Assembly (NCBI GenBank): GCA_963698595.1
Contig: CAVORL010000006.1
Span: forward strand, 140,877-204,876
Direction of reading: 5' to 3'
DNA: 64,000 nucleotides
Origin: an uncultured Chloroflexia bacterium
GTDB taxonomy: Bacteria > Chloroflexota > Limnocylindria > Limnocylindrales > CSP1-4
Shown here: positions 57,097 to 64,000 of the stretch, one piece after another
Numbering within the stretch: position 1 is the first letter of the stretch
How the letters are laid out: each line of letters begins with the position of its first letter
The notes under the pieces: generated by a model
Seen by the model: the letters and a program-made list of their open reading frames with translations, nothing else
Told to the model about the DNA's origin: nothing
The model's database searches: none
Position numbers and translations under genes: made by a program

Positions 57097-57112
57097 AGGG
57101 CCGAATGGCCCT
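57097..57112 (+). promoter_or_regulatory. Putative DosR-like box upstream of the REC-PFOR operon
   Basis: Palindrome AGGGCC-GAAT-GGCCCT. Confidence 0.6.
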
Positions 57113-57168
57113 AGGTTTCGGGACGGAGCGGGGGTCCGATGAGGAGGCGCCGGGGCGACCCTTGCGAC

Positions 57169-57555
57169 ATGTTCCGTTCGCGTCCCGACACGGTTCGCCG
57201 CCTGCTCATCGTGAGCGACCATCTGGCCGCCAGCGATGCCCTTGCGGCGCACCTTGGCCGGCACGGCTTCGTGGTCGTCGGCGAGGTACGCTCTGCACGT
57301 TCAGCGGCCCTCGCGGCCCGGACGTGCGACCCGGACCTCGTCCTCGTCGACGGCGCCCTCCGTGGCGGCTGGCGCGCCGTGGCCGAGGCTCTCGACGGCG
57401 TCGTGCCCCGCAGCCGGATCGTCGTGCTCGAGGCTTATCTCGGGGCGGAGGAGGCTCGCCAGGCCCGCGACGCCGGAATCGGCGCCACCATCCTGAAACA
57501 CGTCGAGGGCGGCACGCTCGCCAGCCGCCTTCGGGCGATCGGAGGACCCGCATGA
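57169..57555 (+). CDS. Stand-alone, degenerate receiver-domain protein
   Basis: RLLIVSDH, PDLVLVD, AGIGATILK; no output domain; its stop overlaps the PFOR ATG. Confidence 0.7.
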   Translation: MFRSRPDTVRRLLIVSDHLAASDALAAHLGRHGFVVVGEVRSARSAALAARTCDPDLVLVDGALRGGWRAVAEALDGVVPRSRIVVLEAYLGAEEARQARDAGIGATILKHVEGGTLASRLRAIGGPA

Positions 57556-60500
57556 CCCTGGATCAGCCCCCGGAGCGGCCCACTGCCGCGCCGGACCCGG
57601 CAGCCACCGATGCGCCCGAGTGGAACCATCGCTACGAGTGCCTCGATGGCAACGAGGCAGCGTCCCGCGTCGCCTACTCGGTCAGCGAGGTCATCTCGAT
57701 CTACCCGATCACCCCCGCCTCCACGATGGCCGAGAACGCGGATGACTGGGCCGCCGCCGGCCGGCCCAACCTGTGGGGCGCCATCCCGGACGTGATCGAG
57801 ATGCAGTCCGAGGCCGGGGCAGCCGGGGCGCTGCACGGCGCGCTCCAGAAAGGCGCCCTGGGAACGACGTTCACGGCGTCTCAGGGCCTGCTGCTCATGG
57901 TCCCCAACATGTTCAAGATCGCGGGCGAGCTGACGCCCACCGTCATCCACGTGGCGGCCCGCACGGTCGCGACCCACGCGCTGTCGATCTTCGGCGACCA
58001 CAGCGACGTGATGCTCGCCCGCTCGACGGGCTGGGCCATGCTCGCGGCCGGCTCGGTCCAGGAGGCGCACGACCTCTCGCTCGTCGCCCACGCGGCCACG
58101 CTTCGGGCGCGCGTGCCGTTCCTTCACTTCTTCGATGGTTTCCGCACGTCGAGCGAGGTCAACAAGATCGCCGTCCTCGAGGACGACGACCTGCGGGCCC
58201 TCGTGCGCGACGAGGACGTCCTCGCCTTCCGCGCCCGCGGCATGACGCCCGAGGCGCCGGTCGTGCGCGGCACGGCCCAGAACCCGGACGCCTTCTTCCA
58301 GGCCCGCGAGGCATGCAATCCGTACTACCTTGCCGTTCCCGGGATCGTCCGCGACGTCATGGAGGAGCTGGCCGCCCGCACGGGCCGGCGCTACGGCCTC
58401 GTGGACTACCACGGCGCTCCCGACGCCGAGCGCGTCGTCGTCATCATGGGATCCGGCGTGGGCGCCGTCGAGGAGACCGTCGACACGCTGAACGCCGCGG
58501 GCGAGCGGGTCGGGGTGCTGACGATCCGCCTCTTCCAGCCGTTCCCGGTCGACGACCTGATCGCCGCGTTGCCTCGGACCGTGCGCTCCATCGCGGTGCT
58601 GGACCGGACCAAGGAGCCGGGCGCCGTCGGCGAGCCGCTGTACCTCGACGTGGTGGCGGCGATCGCCGAGCGGATGGACGCCGAGGAGCCGCCGTTCCCC
58701 GTCCAGCCGCGGATCATCGGCGGGCGCTACGGCCTCTCGTCGAAGGAGTTCACGCCGGCGATGGTGAAGCCCGTCTTCGACGAGCTGGCCCGGGCACGGC
58801 CAAAGCGCCACTTCACCGTCGGCATCTACGACGACGTCACGAAGCTGAGCCTCCCCATCGACGCCGAGTTTGAGCGGCCCCGCCCCAAGGGTGAGGTGCA
58901 GGCGCTCTTCTACGGCCTCGGTGCGGATGGCACGGTGGGGGCCAACAAGGCCTCGGTCAAGATCATCGGCGAGGGCACGGACCTCTTCGCCCAGGGCTAC
59001 TTCGTCTACGACTCGAAGAAGTCCGGCTCGATGACGGTTTCGCACCTGCGCTTCGGCCCCCAGGAGATCCGGTCCGCCTATCTCGTCGACCGGGCCGACT
59101 TCGTCGCCTGCCATCAGTTCGGCCTCCTCGAGCGCACGAAGGTGCTCGAGCACGCCAAGCCCGGGGCGACCTTCCTCCTCAACTCGCCGTACGGCGCCGA
59201 CGAGGTCTGGGACCACCTCCCCCGCGAGGTCCAGGAGCAGCTGGTCGCGAGGAAGATCGACTTCTGGGTGATCGACGCCTTCGCGGTCGCTGCCGAGGTC
59301 GGGATGGGCAACCGCATCAACACGGTGATGCAGCCCTGCTTCTTCCACCTCTCCGGCGTCCTGCCCGCCGAGGACGCCATCGCGCGCATCAAGGACTCCG
59401 TCGAGAAGACGTACGCGAAGCGCGGCCAGGCTGTCGTGGAGCGGAACTTCGCGGCGATCGACCTCAGCCTGGAGCGCCTGGCCCATGTGCCGCTCGGGGC
59501 CGTGACGAGTGACCGCCCCGTCGGCTCCATCGTCCCCGACGACGCGCCCGACTTCGTGAAGCAGGTCACCGCCGTCCTGATGGCCGGCGAGGGGGACCTG
59601 CTGCCGGTCAGCGCGTTCCCGGTCGACGGGACCTTCCCCACGGGCACGACGCGCTACGAGAAGCGGGCGATCGCCCAGGAGATCCCGATCTGGGACAGCT
59701 CGATCTGCATCGACTGCGGCAAGTGCGCGATCGTCTGCCCGCACGCAGCGATCCGCATGAAGGTCTACCCGGCAGCCGCGCTCGACGGCGCGCCCGCGGG
59801 CTTCCCGAGCAAGGAGTTCAAGTCCCGCGAGCTCGTCGACCACCACCTGACGATCCAGGTGGCGCCCGACGACTGCACCGGCTGTGGCGTCTGCGTCGAC
59901 GTGTGTCCCGCCAAGAGCAAGACCGAGATCCGCCACAAGTCGATCAACATGGAGCCCGTCCTCGAGCACCGGGACACCGAGCGCGAGCGCTGGGACTTCT
60001 TCCAGACAATCCCGCCGCTCGATCGCAGCCTCCTGCCGCACGACACGGTGAAGGGCTCGCAGGTCCTGGAGCCGCTCTTCGAGTTCTCCGGCGCCTGCGG
60101 CGGCTGCGGCGAGACGCCGTACCTGAAGCTCGTCTCGCAGCTCTTCGGCGACCGGATGATCGTGGCGAACGCCACCGGGTGCTCGTCGATCTACGGGGCC
60201 AACCTGCCGACCACGCCATGGACGGTGAACGCCGAGGGCCGCGGACCCGCCTGGTCGAACTCGCTCTTCGAGGACAACGCCGAGTTCGGGCTGGGTATGC
60301 GCCTCGCGCTCGACTCTCAGACCAGCCAGGCGCGGCGGCTCCTGGCCCGCCTCGCGCCGGCCGTCGGCGATGACCTCGTTCGCGAGCTGCTCGAGAACCC
60401 CCAGGACGGCGAGGCCGCGATCGCCGCTCAGCGCAACGGCATCGCCCGGCTGCGCGAGGCGCTTGCCCGCGTCGACGGCGACGGGCGCGGCGACGCCCGG

Positions 60501-61271
60501 CACCTGCTGGCCCTCGCGAACGACCTCGTGCGCCAGGGAATCTGGATCGTCGGCGGCGACGGCTGGGCCTACGACATCGGCTACGGCGGCCTCGACCAGG
60601 TCCTGAGCTCCGGGCGCAACGTCAACATCCTCGTCCTCGACACGGAGGTCTACTCCAACACGGGCGGCCAGGCCTCCAAGGCCACGCCGCGCGCGGCGGT
60701 CGCCAAGTTCGCAGCGGCAGGCAAGTCGACCCGCAAGAAGGATCTCGGGGCGGTCGCCCGGGCCTACGGCGACGTCTACGTTGCCCAGATCGCGATGGGC
60801 GCGAGCGACGTCCAGACCACCCGGGCGTTGCTGGAGGCAGACGCGTGGCCGGGCCCCTCGCTCGTGATCGCCTACAGCACCTGCATCGCCCACGGCATCG
60901 ACATGACGAAGTCCATGGCCCACCAGAAGGACGCCGTGAAGAGCGGCTACTGGCCGCTCTACCGGTATCAGCCCAGCGACGTCGAGGACGGCCAGCCGTT
61001 CAAGCTCGACTCGCAGAAGCCATCGATCCCGGTCAGCGAGTTCGTGGCGTCCGAGACGCGGTTCGCGATCTTGGCGCGAACGCATCCGGAGCGAGCGGCC
61101 GAGCTGGCCGAGCTCTCGCAGGCAGATGTCGACGAGCGCTGGCGCTACTACGAGCAGCTCGCGTCGATCCACCGCAGCGTCCCCCGTGTGCATCACGATG
61201 ACGCGGGGGCGCCACCCGACGAAGAGGGCGCCGGCGAAGCGGGCCCCGGACACGAGGGGGACGAGGCGTGA
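57552..61271 (+). CDS. nifJ: Pyruvate:ferredoxin (flavodoxin) oxidoreductase, homodimeric
   Basis: YPITPAS, EMQSEAGAAG, two CxxCxxC motifs, FSGACGGCGE, GGDGWAYDIG, EVYSNTGGQ, CIAHG; GGAGG RBS. Confidence 0.96.
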   Translation: MTLDQPPERPTAAPDPAATDAPEWNHRYECLDGNEAASRVAYSVSEVISIYPITPASTMAENADDWAAAGRPNLWGAIPDVIEMQSEAGAAGALHGALQKGALGTTFTASQGLLLMVPNMFKIAGELTPTVIHVAARTVATHALSIFGDHSDVMLARSTGWAMLAAGSVQEAHDLSLVAHAATLRARVPFLHFFDGFRTSSEVNKIAVLEDDDLRALVRDEDVLAFRARGMTPEAPVVRGTAQNPDAFFQAREACNPYYLAVPGIVRDVMEELAARTGRRYGLVDYHGAPDAERVVVIMGSGVGAVEETVDTLNAAGERVGVLTIRLFQPFPVDDLIAALPRTVRSIAVLDRTKEPGAVGEPLYLDVVAAIAERMDAEEPPFPVQPRIIGGRYGLSSKEFTPAMVKPVFDELARARPKRHFTVGIYDDVTKLSLPIDAEFERPRPKGEVQALFYGLGADGTVGANKASVKIIGEGTDLFAQGYFVYDSKKSGSMTVSHLRFGPQEIRSAYLVDRADFVACHQFGLLERTKVLEHAKPGATFLLNSPYGADEVWDHLPREVQEQLVARKIDFWVIDAFAVAAEVGMGNRINTVMQPCFFHLSGVLPAEDAIARIKDSVEKTYAKRGQAVVERNFAAIDLSLERLAHVPLGAVTSDRPVGSIVPDDAPDFVKQVTAVLMAGEGDLLPVSAFPVDGTFPTGTTRYEKRAIAQEIPIWDSSICIDCGKCAIVCPHAAIRMKVYPAAALDGAPAGFPSKEFKSRELVDHHLTIQVAPDDCTGCGVCVDVCPAKSKTEIRHKSINMEPVLEHRDTERERWDFFQTIPPLDRSLLPHDTVKGSQVLEPLFEFSGACGGCGETPYLKLVSQLFGDRMIVANATGCSSIYGANLPTTPWTVNAEGRGPAWSNSLFEDNAEFGLGMRLALDSQTSQARRLLARLAPAVGDDLVRELLENPQDGEAAIAAQRNGIARLREALARVDGDGRGDARHLLALANDLVRQGIWIVGGDGWAYDIGYGGLDQVLSSGRNVNILVLDTEVYSNTGGQASKATPRAAVAKFAAAGKSTRKKDLGAVARAYGDVYVAQIAMGASDVQTTRALLEADAWPGPSLVIAYSTCIAHGIDMTKSMAHQKDAVKSGYWPLYRYQPSDVEDGQPFKLDSQKPSIPVSEFVASETRFAILARTHPERAAELAELSQADVDERWRYYEQLASIHRSVPRVHHDDAGAPPDEEGAGEAGPGHEGDEA

Positions 61272-62293
61272 GCGTCGATCTTGGCACCCGCTACCTGGGC
61301 CTCGAGCTGCGCTCGCCGCTCGTCGCCTCGCCGTCGCCCCTCACAAGCCAGCTCGACACGGCGCTGGAGCTCGTCGACGCCGGAGCGGCCGCGCTCGTGC
61401 TGCCCTCCCTCTTCGAGGAGGAGATCCTCAACGAGGAGATCAGCCTCAACCAGTCGCTCGAGGCGGGGTCCGAGCAGTTCGCCGAGGCCCTCAGCTACTT
61501 CCCCAACATCGACGCCTTCGCGCACGCGGGGGACCGCTACCTGACCTCGCTCGAGAAGATCAAGTCCCGGGCCGGCGTCCCCGTGATCGGCAGCCTCAAC
61601 GCGACGACACCGGGTGGCTGGATCCGCTACGCACGGCTCATCCAGGATGCCGGCGCCGACGCGCTCGAGCTCAACCTCTACCACTTCGCCGCGGATCCGA
61701 TGCGGACGGCCAGCGACATGGAGGGGACGGACCTCGAGCTGATCGCCGCCGTCCGGGCCGCCGTCACGATCCCCCTCGCGGTCAAGCTCAGCCCCTACTA
61801 CTCGTCATTCGCATGCTTCGCCCGCGCGGCAGTCGAGCGGGGCGCCGACGGCCTCGTGCTCTTCAACCGCTTCTATCAGCCTGACCTCGACCTCGACACG
61901 TTCGACGTCGTCGCCCGGCTGGACCTGAGCCGACCGACCGACCTGCGCCAGCCGCTCCGCTGGACCGCGATCCTGCGGCCGCAGCTTGGCCCCGACGTGT
62001 CGCTCGCGACGAGCTCCGGGGTCCACGCGGGAACGGACGCCCTCAAGGCGCTCATGGTGGGCGCCGACGTCGCGATGATCACCTCGGCGCTCCTGCAGCA
62101 CGGACCCGCTCACCTCCGCGCCATCGAGGCGGAGCTGGTGGCGTGGATGGAGGAGCACGAGTACGTGTCCGTCGACCAGCTGCGCGGGAGCGCCAGCCAG
62201 GACGCCGTCGACGATCCATCCACCTTCGAGCGGGTCAACTACATGAAGATCCTCCGGTCCTGGAGCACGCCCAGGGAGACGACCCGGACGTAG
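61268..62293 (+). CDS. Dihydroorotate dehydrogenase-like FMN protein (PFOR-associated)
   Basis: YLGLELRSP, PSLFEE, ALELN, VKLSPY, FNRFYQPD, FERVNY. Confidence 0.88.
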   Translation: MSVDLGTRYLGLELRSPLVASPSPLTSQLDTALELVDAGAAALVLPSLFEEEILNEEISLNQSLEAGSEQFAEALSYFPNIDAFAHAGDRYLTSLEKIKSRAGVPVIGSLNATTPGGWIRYARLIQDAGADALELNLYHFAADPMRTASDMEGTDLELIAAVRAAVTIPLAVKLSPYYSSFACFARAAVERGADGLVLFNRFYQPDLDLDTFDVVARLDLSRPTDLRQPLRWTAILRPQLGPDVSLATSSGVHAGTDALKALMVGADVAMITSALLQHGPAHLRAIEAELVAWMEEHEYVSVDQLRGSASQDAVDDPSTFERVNYMKILRSWSTPRETTRT

Positions 62294-62403
62294 CGCATCG
62301 CGGCTGCCGGCCGGGCGTTTCGCTGCCGGTGCTTCCGCCATACTCCGGGAGACCCCGCCGCAGCGAGAGGAGCGTTCGACCGCCCATGCGTGCCGCCGCC
62401 GAG

Positions 62404-62982
62404 ATGAGTCGAAGCATCTGGTGGGCCTTCGCCGCCGGGGGCGTGCTGGCGCTCGCCGCCGCCACCGCCACCGGGCTTGGCGTCGTCGCCGCGACCGTCG
62501 CCACAGGCGCATGGCAGCTGCCGACCGGCATCCTGATCCTCGTCGCCATCCGCCGGGCCCCGGGAGCCGTCACCGACGCGATCCCCTTCCTGGGGGCGGG
62601 GGCCGGCGGCGCGGTCCTGGGGCTCGTCGGCGTTGCGCTCCCGTCGGTCGACCAGCGGATCGCGCTCATCGCGATCGGCATCTGGGCCGTCGTGGCCGGC
62701 GCCGGCTTTCTCACGGTAGCCCGCGTCGCCCAGGCGAACAAGGTGGCTGACGGCGGGCTGACGACCGTGGCGTGGGCCTCGATCGGAGCAGGAGCCGGGA
62801 TCTCCACACTCCCTGCGTTCGGGCTCGGCTCGGCGACGTACGCCCCCGCCGCCGCGCTCGCCATCACCGGCGTGGTCACGCTCCTCGCCGCACTCCGGCT
62901 GCGAGTCCTGCCCGACGCGGGGCCTGGCGCGATCTCGCACCGCGAGCAGCGCCGCCGCGAACGGACCGGCGGGACGGGATAG
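62404..62982 (+). CDS. Hypothetical membrane protein (DUF308/HdeD-like)
   Basis: About six hydrophobic segments, IAIGIWAVVAG; family assignment is tentative. Confidence 0.6.
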   Translation: MSRSIWWAFAAGGVLALAAATATGLGVVAATVATGAWQLPTGILILVAIRRAPGAVTDAIPFLGAGAGGAVLGLVGVALPSVDQRIALIAIGIWAVVAGAGFLTVARVAQANKVADGGLTTVAWASIGAGAGISTLPAFGLGSATYAPAAALAITGVVTLLAALRLRVLPDAGPGAISHREQRRRERTGGTG

Positions 62983-63006
62983 CGGCCCGCCTTCTGCCGC
63001 GGGCGG

Positions 63007-63585
63007 TCAGACGGGGACGTTCACCGGCTCCAGGTGGACGCGCCGGCTGCGGGCCCCGACACGGTGCCCGACGTCGAACGCGGCCAGGTCGGCCGCCAGC
63101 ACCGCCGGCCGTCGTGGCCCGACCGTGTCCCGGATCGCCGTCCGCGCCGACGCGGGCCGGACCAGGCGGAGCCGGCCGATGAGCGCTCCGAGCGCGACGA
63201 CGCTCACGAGCGAATCGTCGCCCGCGTCCTTGGCGAGGCGTGTGCAGGGGATGCGCAGCTCGATGATGTCCTCCCGGTCGGACGAGTCGCCGACGAGCGT
63301 CTCGTTGACCACGAGCAGGCCCCCAGCGGCGACGCGCGCGGCGAACCTGGCGTGGGACGGAGGGTTGAGCACGACCACCGCGTCCGCCTGGTCGATGATG
63401 GGCGACCCGATCGGCTCGTCCCCGACGATCACGGTGCAGGACGCCGTTCCACCGCGCATCTCCGGCCCGTAGGAGGGGATCCAGAGGACTTCGCGCCCCT
63501 CGTGCATCGCGGCCCGGGCGAGGACCTTGCCGGCGAAGAGGATCCCCTGGCCCCCGAAGCCGGCAAAGATGATCGAGCGCTCCAC
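63007..63585 (-). CDS. 2-oxoacid:ferredoxin oxidoreductase gamma subunit
   Basis: AGFGGQG, PSYGPEMRGGTA. Confidence 0.92.
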   Translation of the reverse strand: MERSIIFAGFGGQGILFAGKVLARAAMHEGREVLWIPSYGPEMRGGTASCTVIVGDEPIGSPIIDQADAVVVLNPPSHARFAARVAAGGLLVVNETLVGDSSDREDIIELRIPCTRLAKDAGDDSLVSVVALGALIGRLRLVRPASARTAIRDTVGPRRPAVLAADLAAFDVGHRVGARSRRVHLEPVNVPV

Positions 63586-63587
63586 CG

Positions 63588-64000
63588 TCAGCGCTCCGCC
63601 GGCGTGGCGGCCCCCCGCCCGGGCGCCGTGGGCTGCGCCTCGGCGGCGGATCGCGCGATGGAGCCCCCCGGGCCCTGCGTCCGGTCCACGATCACGCCCG
63701 GCTTGTACTCGAGGGCGACGACCTCCCTCAGCCGCTCGATCGACTCCGTCGGCGTCATGCCCCAGCCGACGGGACAGTTGCTGATGACCTCCACGATCGT
63801 GAACCCGCGGCCCTCCATCTGGATCTCGCAGGCCCGACGGAGGTAGCGCTTCGTGCGCCCGATCGTCGCCGAGTCGGCGACGGACCCACGCGCCGCATAC
63901 GCGACCCCGGGAAGGACCGCGAGCATCTCGGTCATCGGGACGGGATAGCCGTGGAAGGCGGCCTCGCGGCCCAGCGGCGAAGACGTCGTTCGCTGGCCGA
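63588..64000 (-). CDS. 2-oxoacid:ferredoxin oxidoreductase beta subunit (5' part outside the window)
   Basis: GQRTTSSPLGR..GYP, YAARGS, VEVISNCPVGW. Confidence 0.88.
   Translation of the reverse strand, partial: GQRTTSSPLGREAAFHGYPVPMTEMLAVLPGVAYAARGSVADSATIGRTKRYLRRACEIQMEGRGFTIVEVISNCPVGWGMTPTESIERLREVVALEYKPGVIVDRTQGPGGSIARSAAEAQPTAPGRGAATPAER

Overview
A very GC-rich, densely coding bacterial chromosome segment. Gene content suggests Chloroflexota or a similar monoderm lineage, which is an inference. I found no integrase, transposase, prophage or CRISPR array. In order, the window holds: an OmpR/HAMP-kinase pair with a secreted partner, tRNA-Gly(TCC), a DUF4395-cysE-cysK operon, a GGDEF protein, a sortase-like protein, a TM0106-type nuclease-helicase and aspC. 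Next comes an anaerobic-metabolism block: a RACo/RamA activator, a MetF-MetV fusion, a pterin-binding methyltransferase, a corrinoid protein, the hoxEFUYH NiFe-hydrogenase (HoxF fused to a GltD/NfnB-like module) and DUF1638. It is followed by an amidinotransferase plus M20 deacylase, a large GH13, an ABC exporter, a LysM protein, a Ni/Co ECF transporter with a Nur-like regulator, fabI, an omega-amino-acid catabolic cluster, USP with a DosS/DosR-like pair, an acyl-CoA transferase, nifJ-type PFOR with a DHOD-like partner, and part of a 2-oxoacid:ferredoxin oxidoreductase. Four observations stand out. (1) An unannotated leaderless Cys-cluster uORF (MSTRARRLPSGACCSC...) precedes the cysteine operon. 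(2) A corrinoid methyl-transfer/MetFV module sits directly next to a hydrogenase with two predicted nicotinamide sites. (3) A DosR-like box lies at a fixed distance from the -10 element of hox, usp and the CoA-transferase gene, and a near-identical box precedes PFOR. (4) CbiM/NikM has a buried LHAPDG motif instead of the usual N-terminal MH. All calls rest on motif reading by eye; no searches were run.
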